NCBI GenBank assembly: GCA_040387955.1
Contig: JAZKCS010000002.1
Span: 506,582-570,581, forward strand
DNA from: Bacteroidota bacterium
Lineage (GTDB): Bacteria; Bacteroidota; Bacteroidia; Chitinophagales; Chitinophagaceae
Direction: 5' to 3'
DNA: 64,000 bases
Shown one piece after another: positions 44,259 to 54,098 of this stretch (positions are counted from its first letter, which is position 1; each line of letters begins with the position of its first letter). The notes below the pieces were generated by a model. That model was not told where the DNA came from and searched no databases. It saw only the letters and a list, made by a program, of their open reading frames with translations. A program made the position numbers and the translations under genes.

Positions 44259-44741
44259 ATGTCAAGTATTCATCTAACAACATTTATTGCTGCTCCTGTA
44301 GAAAGAGTGTTTGATCTCAGCAGAAGTATTAACCTGCATAAAATTTCTACGGCTGATACAAATGAAGAAGCTGTTGCAGGAAAATTGTCCGGATTAATAT
44401 GCGAAGGAGAAAAAGTTACCTGGAAAGCAAAACATCTTTTCAAGATCAGGTTCTTTACATCTAAGATCACAAAAATGGATTTGAACAGTTTCTTTTGTGA
44501 TGAAATGACGAAAGGAGATTTTAAATCATTCAGGCATGAGCATCATTTTAAGCAAGTAGACAATGGTACGATAATGATCGATGTGCTTGAATTTGAAAGC
44601 CCTTACGGATTGATCGGAAAATTATTTAACCAGTTCTATTTAAAAAATTACCTTGAAGCTTTCCTGCTGAAAAGAAATAAGATCATTAAAGATTATGCGG
44701 AAACCCAGAAATGGCAAGCACTTTTAAATTATTATAATTAA
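44259..44741 (+). CDS. SRPBCC-family protein
   Basis: It has the size and secondary-structure pattern of the START-like fold. It lies downstream of gcvT. Confidence 0.55.
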   Translation: MSSIHLTTFIAAPVERVFDLSRSINLHKISTADTNEEAVAGKLSGLICEGEKVTWKAKHLFKIRFFTSKITKMDLNSFFCDEMTKGDFKSFRHEHHFKQVDNGTIMIDVLEFESPYGLIGKLFNQFYLKNYLEAFLLKRNKIIKDYAETQKWQALLNYYN

Positions 44742-44757
44742 TACTTTTACAAAATAC

Positions 44758-45483
44758 ATGTTGCAGAAACCTACACTACATACCTGTCTTTCACCAGCGT
44801 TATTGGATCAATACCAGTTATCACATAGCATTGTGGTGATCATCGATGTTTTTAGAGCCACTTCTACTATAGCATCAGTTTTAAAGAATGGTGCCAAGTG
44901 TATTATACCTGTGGATGAAGTTGCTAAAGCTATTGATATCAGTAAAAAAATAGGCGGTATTGCTGCTGGAGAAAGAGATGGACAAATTGCAGAAGGCTTA
45001 CAACATGGAAATTCTCCTTTGGAATATTCTCCTGAATTTATTGGCGGTAAAACGTTGGTACTAACTACTACCAACGGAACAAAATTATTACACATGGCAT
45101 TGGATAGAAATGCTGATACAATCATAACGGGTTCATTTCCAAATTTATCATCGGTGTGCAGTTATTTATTAGAACAAAACAAAAATGTTGTACTTGGTTG
45201 TGCCGGTTGGAAAGATCGTTTTAATATAGAAGATACCTTGTTTGCAGGCGCAGTAATAAGCCGCATCAAAGAAAATTTTACCATTCATTGCGACAGCTCT
45301 TTGATGGCGCAGATTTTATATGAGCAAAATAAAAACCACCTCATGGGTTTTGCACCAAAACTTACTCATTATCATAGATTAGTAGATAGGTTCGGCTTGA
45401 TCGACGATATTGAATTTTGTTTAACACCGGATTCTGCAGATGTGCTTGTTTTGTATGAAGATGGCAAGCTTATTACCAGGTAA
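44758..45483 (+). CDS. comB: 2-phosphosulfolactate phosphatase (ComB-family)
   Basis: The pattern VVIIDVFRATSTI...GERDG....G...GNSP is typical of ComB. Confidence 0.8.
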   Translation: MLQKPTLHTCLSPALLDQYQLSHSIVVIIDVFRATSTIASVLKNGAKCIIPVDEVAKAIDISKKIGGIAAGERDGQIAEGLQHGNSPLEYSPEFIGGKTLVLTTTNGTKLLHMALDRNADTIITGSFPNLSSVCSYLLEQNKNVVLGCAGWKDRFNIEDTLFAGAVISRIKENFTIHCDSSLMAQILYEQNKNHLMGFAPKLTHYHRLVDRFGLIDDIEFCLTPDSADVLVLYEDGKLITR

Positions 45484-45658
45484 TTTCTCCGAATGTATTA
45501 AAAGCCTATTTTAACCTTTCTTTTTCCACAAAGTTTCCTTTTATTGCTCAACCCTCAGTTATTTTCCTTTACTTTTGCAAATTGCCTTTTTCAGAATGGA
45601 ACCTTTAAAATGGCAAGGGCAAAATTTCGTAGATCGTCACTCTTAAAACGTACACAGC

Positions 45659-48600
45659 TTGGCTTTATCGCACCTTATTAAATACGTATATAACACCGGC
45701 TCTGATGAAGTGATCCGCAGGGGCAAAAAAATCTTAGGCTCTGGTTATGTGGAAATGGCAGATCATGATGAACTGTTGAATTCAGTGGCTTTCAGGGTAA
45801 AGGATGATACTTACAATACTTATTACAAAGTAAATATTCAAAAGTACCACGACGCAAAATCTTTGTCACTAAGATGCACCTGTCCATACAATTTAGGAGA
45901 TATATGTCGTCATGAAGTTGCTGCATTATTACAATTGCAGGAACTGATCGATAAAAATATGCTCAATGGTAATCGCATTGAATACAATCAACGCCATACC
46001 GTTGCCAAAATGAAATTCATTGATGTTAAGATAATGCGTTTATTGGCTTCCATTGCTGTATTCAACGACGCTGAAAAATTATTAGAAACAGAAAAGGCAA
46101 CAATTTTATCTGCGGAGAATGAACGTGTGGAAGCAGAATTAAAAATAGATGGCGAAGTATTTCCCTTAGTGATCCAAAAGAACGACGAAAGGAATTTTGA
46201 CACCTCATGTAAATGTAATGAAACAGAGCATCCTCTTTGTATTCATAAAACAGCTTTGTTTTTACAGCTATTAAATTTGTCTGGTCCTTATTATTTTGAT
46301 AATATCCGTAATTGGGATAAAGAGAAAAATAAATTACTCCAGATCTATGGTTATAGTTTAGAGGATGACCTTGCTGGAAAGTTTGAATTTATTTATAAAG
46401 AAGGTAAACCCTTTTTGAAAGTATTAGATAGTTCTATCAAAAGAGTGGCAGTGGCTCCGCCGGCCCCACCTAAACCGGCTTATATGCAAAGTCCTGTGGC
46501 TGTTACTACAACTGTAGCTCCTGAAGTTGCTGTTGCTTCAAAAAAGCTGGGATTGGTATTTAACTTCAACTCTACAGTTTATCCCTATTTTACAATTGAT
46601 GCCATACAAGGCGTATCAAATGATGCTAATAACAATTATGTTGGAAAGATCGAGAAATTGGATCTCACTAAATATGTTGACACTGAGCAGTACAGTGAGG
46701 ATGATAAAATGCTTTTACAGCAAGTAAGAAAATTGCAACCTTCAGAAGTCAATAAATACCTCAACAGGAATTCTCCATTTAGCGGAATATGGGAAAACAT
46801 AATTCATACTGAAGGAGATGAATTACCGGAAGAAACAAAATCATTGATCGCTGAATATCTTCATCCAAAATTAAAAAAGATATTTACCGAGCATTGCAGA
46901 AACCCGTTTGTTTTCTATTTGCCGGAAAAGAAAAACTTTACAACTGATAATATTGTTGAAACTTCTATCAGTGAAGATTTTATAGAACCTCATTTTAAAA
47001 TCGCCGCTAAGAATGGGCATTTTGAATTATTAGGTCGTTTCAATATTAACGGAGCTTCACAGCCTATTACAGATAATGAATGTAATAACAGCCTATTGTT
47101 TTTATACAACCATACATTTTATTTATGGCAAAGGGTTGAAGATGTTTTGCAGGCAGAAAAGTTTTTGAAGAACGGAGCTATCAAGCTTAGTAAAGAAAAC
47201 TGGACCAACCAGATGCAGAATATCATCATGCCGCTGACGAAAGATTATAAAGTTGAATTTGATAAATCACTTGTAAAAGAAATTAAGAGCGGTGAGCCTG
47301 AAATAAAATTGATGTTGCAAGAAAAGGGTGACTATCTTGTGTTTCAGCCAATATTTACTTACAAAGGATTTGAAACAAAAGCATCAGATAAAGAAACGAT
47401 CACAATACCGGATGGCGATAAAATATTAATTGTACATCGTAACAAACCTGCTGAACAACACTTTCTTGAAAAATTAGCTGGCTTACATTCTCAGTTTAGT
47501 TCTTCTCCTGAAGGAAACGGATTGATATTGAAAGGTGCAGATATTCTTCGAAATAACTGGTTCTTCCTTTTTGTGGATGCAATGAAGGAAATGAAAATAC
47601 CGGTATTTGGATTTGATGCATTGAAGAATTTTAAATTCAATACAGCAAGACCTTCTACTCATATTCACGTTAGCAGTGGATTGGATTGGTTTGATGCAAA
47701 AGTGGAAATTGATTTTGAAGGACAACGTGTAGGTATTGCCGATATTAAAAAAGCAATCACTGCCAAACAATCTTTTGTTCAGTTAGGTGATGGTACATTA
47801 GGGATCTTACCTGATGAATGGTTACAACGTTATTCATTACTATTCAAAGTTGGTGACGGCAAAAGTGATAAATTGCGTTTATCAAAATATCACATGAGTG
47901 TGATAGATGAGTTGTATGAGAACAGGAATGCCAATGAACTGAGTTTTGCTTTAGATGAAAAGTTTGAACGCTTAAGAGAATTCAAGCAAATCCCTGAAAT
48001 AGACGCCCCTGTTAATTTACAACCGATCTTAAGGCCATATCAAACTTCAGGTTTTCAATGGTTGAATTATTTGAATGATGTTGGTTGGGGTGGTATTTTG
48101 GCAGATGACATGGGGCTTGGTAAAACGATACAGGCATTAAGCATGCTTCAGCATTATAAACATGTTGAAGGGGAATTAAAAGCCATCGTCGTTTGTCCTA
48201 CCACACTTATTTACAACTGGGAAAATGAGATCAAGAAATTTGCACCAATGCTTACGTACAGGATCCATCATGGAAGCATGCGTACAAGGGATGTTGAGGA
48301 ACTGCAAAAAGTAAATATTGTGATCACAACATATGGTACATTACGTAGCGACATTCATGTTTTACTTAAGATATTATATGATTATGTAGTACTTGATGAA
48401 AGCCAGGCAATTAAAAACCCGGCATCAAAGGTTACTAAAGCGGCTTGTTTGCTTACTGCTAAAAATCGTTTATGCATGAGCGGTACTCCGTTACAAAATA
48501 ATACGTTTGATATTTTTGCTCAAATGAATTTCCTTAACCCTGGATTATTGGGAAGCATGGAATTTTTCAGAAATGAATTTGCAACACCGATCGATAAGTT

Positions 48601-49417
48601 TGGCGAGCAGGAACAAAAAGAACATTTACGTAAATTATTATTTCCTTTCATTTTAAGAAGAACCAAAGAACAGGTGGCTAAAGATCTTCCGGAAAAAACA
48701 GAAACTATCCTGTTTTGTGAAATGGAAAAAGAACAGCGCAAGATATATGATGCATATAGAAATAGTTACAGGGATAAAATTCTTGGAACTATTGATGAAC
48801 AAGGTATTGATAAATCACAGCTTACTATTTTGCAAGGTTTGATGAAGCTTCGTCAGATATGTGATAGCCCTGCGATCTTGAATGAAGAAGATAAATATCC
48901 TAATCATTCGATCAAGCTTGATGAATTAGCAAGAGAAATTTCGGAAAATATAGGTGAACACAAGGCTTTGATCTTCTCTCAGTTTTTAGGAATGCTTTCC
49001 TTGATAAGAGAAAAATTAAAAGAACAAAATATTCCATTTGAATATTTTGATGGAAGTACCAGCAGTACAGATCGTCAAAAAGCTATTGAGAATTTCCAGA
49101 ACAATGATGAGTGTCGTGTATTCCTGATCTCATTGAAAGCGGGTGGTGTAGGGCTTAACCTTACCGCGGCAGATTATGTTTACATTGTTGATCCATGGTG
49201 GAATCCTGCTGTAGAACAACAAGCGATAGATCGTACCCACCGTATCGGGCAAACAAAAAATATTTTTGCTTATCGCATGATATGTATCGACACGATCGAA
49301 GATAAAATTTTACAATTGCAGGAACGCAAACGAAAACTTGCCAGTGAGCTGATATCTGATGATACAAGTTTTGTAAAAGCTTTGAGCAAAGCAGATGTGG
49401 AATATCTATTCAGTTAA
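45659..49417 (+). CDS. SNF2-family DEAD/DEAH-box helicase with two N-terminal SWIM zinc fingers
   Basis: It has the SWIM motifs CTCPYNLGDICRH and CKCNETEHPLCIH. The helicase motifs are LADDMGLGKT, DESQAIKN and QAIDRTHRIGQ. The start is TTG. Confidence 0.9.
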   Translation: MALSHLIKYVYNTGSDEVIRRGKKILGSGYVEMADHDELLNSVAFRVKDDTYNTYYKVNIQKYHDAKSLSLRCTCPYNLGDICRHEVAALLQLQELIDKNMLNGNRIEYNQRHTVAKMKFIDVKIMRLLASIAVFNDAEKLLETEKATILSAENERVEAELKIDGEVFPLVIQKNDERNFDTSCKCNETEHPLCIHKTALFLQLLNLSGPYYFDNIRNWDKEKNKLLQIYGYSLEDDLAGKFEFIYKEGKPFLKVLDSSIKRVAVAPPAPPKPAYMQSPVAVTTTVAPEVAVASKKLGLVFNFNSTVYPYFTIDAIQGVSNDANNNYVGKIEKLDLTKYVDTEQYSEDDKMLLQQVRKLQPSEVNKYLNRNSPFSGIWENIIHTEGDELPEETKSLIAEYLHPKLKKIFTEHCRNPFVFYLPEKKNFTTDNIVETSISEDFIEPHFKIAAKNGHFELLGRFNINGASQPITDNECNNSLLFLYNHTFYLWQRVEDVLQAEKFLKNGAIKLSKENWTNQMQNIIMPLTKDYKVEFDKSLVKEIKSGEPEIKLMLQEKGDYLVFQPIFTYKGFETKASDKETITIPDGDKILIVHRNKPAEQHFLEKLAGLHSQFSSSPEGNGLILKGADILRNNWFFLFVDAMKEMKIPVFGFDALKNFKFNTARPSTHIHVSSGLDWFDAKVEIDFEGQRVGIADIKKAITAKQSFVQLGDGTLGILPDEWLQRYSLLFKVGDGKSDKLRLSKYHMSVIDELYENRNANELSFALDEKFERLREFKQIPEIDAPVNLQPILRPYQTSGFQWLNYLNDVGWGGILADDMGLGKTIQALSMLQHYKHVEGELKAIVVCPTTLIYNWENEIKKFAPMLTYRIHHGSMRTRDVEELQKVNIVITTYGTLRSDIHVLLKILYDYVVLDESQAIKNPASKVTKAACLLTAKNRLCMSGTPLQNNTFDIFAQMNFLNPGLLGSMEFFRNEFATPIDKFGEQEQKEHLRKLLFPFILRRTKEQVAKDLPEKTETILFCEMEKEQRKIYDAYRNSYRDKILGTIDEQGIDKSQLTILQGLMKLRQICDSPAILNEEDKYPNHSIKLDELAREISENIGEHKALIFSQFLGMLSLIREKLKEQNIPFEYFDGSTSSTDRQKAIENFQNNDECRVFLISLKAGGVGLNLTAADYVYIVDPWWNPAVEQQAIDRTHRIGQTKNIFAYRMICIDTIEDKILQLQERKRKLASELISDDTSFVKALSKADVEYLFS

Positions 49418-49491
49418 TATTTATCAATAGAAAATTTATCTCTCTTTTTCATATTTTACGCTTAACTTAAAGCTTCATTTTAGCTGAATAA

Positions 49492-50586
49492 ATGATGCCG
49501 ACAAAAAATTATTTTTCATACCTGTTAAATCCGTTTGAGTTACTGCGTACAAAAAAAGTATTGCAGGTAAACCCTACGATCCCCCCTGTAAGGAAAGAGC
49601 CGGAGGCCATCAAGATCTTCGTATATGATTATGATGCAGAAAGTTTGGATGTTAAAGAACTTGATAATGTTGCAGATTGTTACTCGTTCATAGATTCCCC
49701 AAAAGCTACATGGATAAATGTTGATGGTCTTCGCAAAAAAGATGTGGAAGCGATCAGTAATCATTACGGCATTCATTATCTTATAATGGAAGATATCCTG
49801 AGTATTGGCCAACGTCCTAAGATGGATGATATGGAAGGAATGGTTTTTTGCGTATTGAATATGCTGTATTTTAATGAAAAAGATTCTTCTGTTGAGAGTG
49901 AACAGATCAGTATTGTATTAGGTAAAAATTTTGTGATCAGTTTCCAGGAAGATGCTCACCGAGATGTTTTTAATCCCTTAAGAGAAAGATTGAAAGTGTA
50001 TGGCAGTAAGGTCCGTACCAATAAGGTTGATTTTCTTTTTTACATGTTGATTGATCTTATTGTAGATAATTATTTTGTAGTAATGGAAAAGTTTGGCGAA
50101 AAAATAGAATTATTAGAAGAAGATATTTTACGGAATGCTAATACCAGGAGCCTTGCTAAAATAAATATGTTAAGAAAAGAAATGATCATTCTTAAACGAA
50201 GTGTAGCTCCGGTTAGGGAATTGGTAGGTGGGGTATTGCGAAGTGAAAATGAATTGATAGAAGATAAAACAGAAAAATATTTTAAAGATGTTTATGATCA
50301 TATTGTTCAGGCAAATGACCTTTCTGAAAACTACCGTGATATGATGATGAACTTACATGATCTTTATCTGAACAATGTAAATCTTAAAATGAATGAAGTG
50401 ATGAAGGTTATGGCGGTGGTGACTTGTTTACTTGCTCCTGCTACTGTTATAGGAGGAATTTTTGGGATGAATTTTGATAAGATACCGCTGTTACATAATA
50501 AATGGGGCTTTTTTATTTCAGTAGCATTAATGTTATTTGTTCCTTTAATAATGATAAGAGAATTTCGGAGAAGAGGGTGGTTTTGA
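49492..50586 (+). CDS. corA: magnesium/cobalt transporter CorA
   Basis: It has the GMNF motif before the last TM segment and two C-terminal TM helices. Confidence 0.9.
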   Translation: MMPTKNYFSYLLNPFELLRTKKVLQVNPTIPPVRKEPEAIKIFVYDYDAESLDVKELDNVADCYSFIDSPKATWINVDGLRKKDVEAISNHYGIHYLIMEDILSIGQRPKMDDMEGMVFCVLNMLYFNEKDSSVESEQISIVLGKNFVISFQEDAHRDVFNPLRERLKVYGSKVRTNKVDFLFYMLIDLIVDNYFVVMEKFGEKIELLEEDILRNANTRSLAKINMLRKEMIILKRSVAPVRELVGGVLRSENELIEDKTEKYFKDVYDHIVQANDLSENYRDMMMNLHDLYLNNVNLKMNEVMKVMAVVTCLLAPATVIGGIFGMNFDKIPLLHNKWGFFISVALMLFVPLIMIREFRRRGWF

Positions 50587-50623
50587 TCATTGAACACTGA
50601 TAATAAAGAAAATCCTTCTATCA

Positions 50624-51178
50624 TTATATCATCTTATTCACCGCATCAATAGCTTTTTCTAATCTTTCTTCATAAGTGCCTGAAATATCTACCCACCGCA
50701 CATTTTGATTGATCATAATATCCTTGTAATGATGATATAATTTCAATCTATTTTCAAGATCAGGATATTCTCTTAATTCGTCTTTTACCCAGGGAAGGTC
50801 AACATTACAAAGCAGATAAAGATCATATTTTCTTTCAATGATCCGGTTCAATATCCAATGATGACATTTTTCAAAAACAAATTCACACCAAACTTTCATT
50901 ACATACATATCTGTATCAATAAAAACAGGCTGGTCATCTTGCGTAGAAGCCTCATGTATTATTGTTTGCTGCCAATTACTGATCGTAAATTCTTCACCTG
51001 TTATCTGCCCTTTGGCAACATCCAATAAATTTTCAAACGTATAATCAGTGCCGTTAGCCAATAAATATTCCCTTGCATATTCCTTTACCCATACTGTACC
51101 ATAATGATCAGCAAGCTGTTCACATAGTGTACTTTTCCCTGTACTTTCCGGGCCGATTATGACTATTTTTTTTACCAT
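50624..51178 (-). CDS. NadR-type ribosylnicotinamide kinase-like AAA ATPase (kinase domain only)
   Basis: It has a P-loop (IIGPESTGKSTLCEQLA) followed by EYAREYL, as in the NadR C-terminal domain. Confidence 0.8.
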   Translation of the reverse strand: MVKKIVIIGPESTGKSTLCEQLADHYGTVWVKEYAREYLLANGTDYTFENLLDVAKGQITGEEFTISNWQQTIIHEASTQDDQPVFIDTDMYVMKVWCEFVFEKCHHWILNRIIERKYDLYLLCNVDLPWVKDELREYPDLENRLKLYHHYKDIMINQNVRWVDISGTYEERLEKAIDAVNKMI

Positions 51179-51727
51179 TTATTTTTTATTCCAAAGCGGT
51201 TTTGCTTTGATCACTTTTTTATAAACACTGCAATTTTCGCTATGTGCTCCGGGAAGATAACCTGCACTCATTAAAAATTCATTTACAATTTCTCCTCCGG
51301 TAAATTTAAAAGTTTTTTTAAAAAGAGCGGTCCACTCTTGTTTTGTTTTAGGATGTTGCTCTGCCAACCAATTTTTGAATGACCCGGATTCTTTCTGTAT
51401 TCTCAGGATAGTTTTAGCATTTTCTATCGCAGCATTCACTTTTAATTTATTACGGATGATGCCGGCATCATTCAACAAACGTTCAATGTCTTTTTCTTTA
51501 TACCCCGCCACTTTTTTAATATCAAAATTGTGATATGCTTTCCTAAAACCTTCCTGTTTTTTTAAAATAGTTGTCCAGCTTAATCCTGCCTGGTTAATTT
51601 CAAGGATCAACCTGCAGAATAATTCATTATCATCTTCTATAGGAAAACCATATTGTGTATCATGGTATATTTTGTGAACGGCCAGATCTTCCGGCTTCAT
51701 AAAATTCATTGCATTGCAGTAACTCAT
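51179..51727 (-). CDS. tag: DNA-3-methyladenine glycosylase I
   Basis: It has the Tag motifs YHD.QYG.P..DD..LF..L.LE..QAGLSW.TIL and a C-terminal H..C. Confidence 0.9.
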   Translation of the reverse strand: MSYCNAMNFMKPEDLAVHKIYHDTQYGFPIEDDNELFCRLILEINQAGLSWTTILKKQEGFRKAYHNFDIKKVAGYKEKDIERLLNDAGIIRNKLKVNAAIENAKTILRIQKESGSFKNWLAEQHPKTKQEWTALFKKTFKFTGGEIVNEFLMSAGYLPGAHSENCSVYKKVIKAKPLWNKK

Positions 51728-52362
51728 AAATTGATTGATTGAGCGTTGCTCATTTTAATTTTATTTCTCCACGTAATATAACCCATTACAGCAAGTATCA
51801 AAAAAACAAGGTATTGAAAACTAGTAAATACTGCTTGCTTATAAAAGTACAATGGTATGGATGCTACGTTTGTAATGATCCACCATGTCCAGTTCTCTAA
51901 TTTTTTTTTTGCCATTAGCCACATAGCAGTATAAGCTGATGCTGATGCAAATGAATCAGCTACAGGTACATTACTGGTTGTGTAATTTTTAAGAATAAAA
52001 AGCAGTACTATCCAACACACAGAAAAAAACAATATGGCAATTACCCATTCTCTTTTAGTAGAAGCAGTAATATGAATTTTTTTTTCAGTTGAATTGTTTT
52101 TGTGTCTGCTCCACATCCACCAACCGTAGATGCTCATAATGGTGTAATATAAATTGAGACTTGCTTCACCTTTTAAATTCCACCAGGCATAACACATGTA
52201 TGTATATAATATAGTATTGATAAGCCCCGTAGGGTATACCCAAATATTTTCCATTCTTGAAAATACAACACTGACTATACCAAACACCACTGCAACAAAT
52301 TCCAGTAATGCGGTATTTTTTATTCCCTCACTAAATAGATTGTATATTTCCGTAATGGTCAT
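51724..52362 (-). CDS. pnuC: nicotinamide riboside transporter PnuC
   Basis: It has multiple TM segments with the W-rich PnuC motifs (NIWVYPTG, WWMW, WWIITN). Confidence 0.9.
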   Translation of the reverse strand: MTITEIYNLFSEGIKNTALLEFVAVVFGIVSVVFSRMENIWVYPTGLINTILYTYMCYAWWNLKGEASLNLYYTIMSIYGWWMWSRHKNNSTEKKIHITASTKREWVIAILFFSVCWIVLLFILKNYTTSNVPVADSFASASAYTAMWLMAKKKLENWTWWIITNVASIPLYFYKQAVFTSFQYLVFLILAVMGYITWRNKIKMSNAQSINL

Positions 52363-52399
52363 TTAAAATTTTGAAGTGTATACCATTGACTAAATTAAA

Positions 52400-52426
52400 T
52401 AAAAAAAGCATCTCAATTGAAATGCT
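52400..52426 (-). terminator. intrinsic terminator of the NifU-like gene
   Basis: The stem is AGCAT.TCAA / TTGA.ATGCT, with a T7 run on the minus strand. Confidence 0.6.
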
Positions 52427-52454
52427 TTAAAGTTTTGATATTTTATAAAATTAA

Positions 52455-53054
52455 TTATTCTGCTTCAGCTACAACTTCCGTCACTTCAGGTATCATTCTT
52501 TTCATCATACCTTCAATACCTGCTTTTAATGTTATCATTGAAGAAGGACAACCGCTGCAACTTCCTTGTAACATCAGATTCACTTTTCCATCTTCATAGC
52601 TTTTGAATTGTATTGCACCACCATCCATTTCAACTGCAGGCTTTACGTAATTCTCTAACAACTCTTTGATACGTTTTACCACATCATCATCATCTGCAGT
52701 TACTTCATTGCTGCTTTCGCTTTTCATGGCTGCAACAGCTTCTTCATTTACCACAGGTTTACCATCTTCCAAATATTCTTTCAAAAATTGTTTGATGGTA
52801 GGAATAACATCATCCCAATTATCTGATTCACTAGTTTTAGTAAGCGTAATAAAATTACTTGCTATAAAAACAGATCTGATGAAAGGGAAAGTAAACAACT
52901 CCTGAGCTAAAGGCGAAGGTCCTGAACTTGCTTCATCAGCAAAGTCAATGCTTTTTCCAGGGTACAATAATTTGTTAGCCACAAATTTCATTGTTTCCGG
53001 ATTAGGGGTCATTTCAGTATAAATGCTGATAATGGTATTTCCTGTTTTTATCAT
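52455..53054 (-). CDS. NifU/Nfu-family Fe-S cluster scaffold protein (Nfu_N plus NifU C-terminal domain)
   Basis: It has a C-terminal CxxC (GSCSGCPSS) and an N-terminal Nfu_N-like domain (PNPETMKF). Confidence 0.85.
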   Translation of the reverse strand: MIKTGNTIISIYTEMTPNPETMKFVANKLLYPGKSIDFADEASSGPSPLAQELFTFPFIRSVFIASNFITLTKTSESDNWDDVIPTIKQFLKEYLEDGKPVVNEEAVAAMKSESSNEVTADDDDVVKRIKELLENYVKPAVEMDGGAIQFKSYEDGKVNLMLQGSCSGCPSSMITLKAGIEGMMKRMIPEVTEVVAEAE

Positions 53055-53072
53055 ATCTCACGTTTTATATCC

Positions 53073-53080
53073 CAAAATTA
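53073..53080 (-). promoter_or_regulatory. sigmaA-type -7 box TAATTTTG
   Basis: It lies 19 nt upstream of the nifU-like ATG. Confidence 0.5.
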
Positions 53081-53236
53081 GCAATAATAGCACCAAATAC
53101 GTTTACGAAAAACGAAAAGACAATCTGGCAGGATTTTAAATCAACGACGTTAACAATTGATTTACTGATTTTTATATGAAAAAAAGTTGCCATAGGTTGT
53201 ATAATTTGTATTTTAGAAGTCTTAAAAAATATCATC

Positions 53237-54028
53237 ATGAAATACGTATTAAGTATAGTAACCCTGGCTTTCTTCTTTTTTAGTGCAGACGCACAGCGTG
53301 TTAAACGCAAAGGTGTTACTCCAATAATGAAAAATGCCAAACAGGCTCAACAGCAAGCCAATTTTACTATTGATCAATTCCAGGGAAAATGGCAGGAAAC
53401 TGGCAGGAAGACAAGGAAAGGAAAAGCACTTGCTTTTACCGACACTATCTATTTAAATTTTTACGAGAATGATAAAGTAGACACAAGACAGGGAAATAAT
53501 CCAAATGTAAATGGAGCTGCAGAAATTGACGTTGATAATTCTTTGTTGGCTGCTGCAGATGTTTATACCATCAAATCGGTAAATGCATCCACAATTGTAT
53601 TAGATGACAATGACAAATTCGTCCATACATTTAAAAAAACTGATAGCTTCTGGCTAGAAAAAGTAGGAAGAACAGTTGTTCCTATTGATACATTTAAAAC
53701 AGTGGTAAAGGTTGATATTAATAATTTAATGGGGGATTGGCTGGTGTATAAAAGACAAGCTAAACCCGGCGAAGTAAAGACCCCGGCCATGCTTATCAAA
53801 TATCTTAAAATAAAAAATAAGACTGGAGAAAATACTGCTACCGGTTTTGTAACTATTTATCAGAAAGATAAAGCAGAAGAACTGGCGTGTACAATTACAG
53901 TTCATAAAACAGGGATGCAACTTACTGCCGGCACTTACAGTTGGTACCTGCCTATTTATAAAGCAGACGGAAAGGAATTGGTGTTTGGTAATGTTGAATT
54001 GATGTTGAATTTCTGTAAACCTTTGTAA
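53237..54028 (+). CDS. hypothetical secreted protein (two lipocalin-like halves)
   Basis: It has a signal peptide and an internal duplication hinted at by QFQGKWQETGRK and LMGDWLVYKRQAK. Confidence 0.55.
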   Translation: MKYVLSIVTLAFFFFSADAQRVKRKGVTPIMKNAKQAQQQANFTIDQFQGKWQETGRKTRKGKALAFTDTIYLNFYENDKVDTRQGNNPNVNGAAEIDVDNSLLAAADVYTIKSVNASTIVLDDNDKFVHTFKKTDSFWLEKVGRTVVPIDTFKTVVKVDINNLMGDWLVYKRQAKPGEVKTPAMLIKYLKIKNKTGENTATGFVTIYQKDKAEELACTITVHKTGMQLTAGTYSWYLPIYKADGKELVFGNVELMLNFCKPL

Positions 54029-54046
54029 AGAGGATTAATATTATTT

Positions 54047-54077
54047 AAAAAGGATTGGCCAAGCCAATCCTTTTTTT
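54047..54077. terminator. bidirectional intrinsic terminator between convergent genes
   Basis: The sequence AAAA-AGGATTGGC-caa-GCCAATCCT-TTTTTT gives a perfect 9-bp stem with A- and T-runs on either side. Confidence 0.75.
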
Positions 54078-54098
54078 ATTTCACAAAGGGAAAATAAT

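Noticed and set aside
45659-49417. The SNF2/SWIM helicase might be the core of an anti-phage defence system.
   Set aside because: There are no neighbouring nuclease, methyltransferase, protease or other typical partner genes. It is flanked by housekeeping genes (comB-like, corA), and there are no mobile-element signatures. I kept it as a low-to-moderate finding only.
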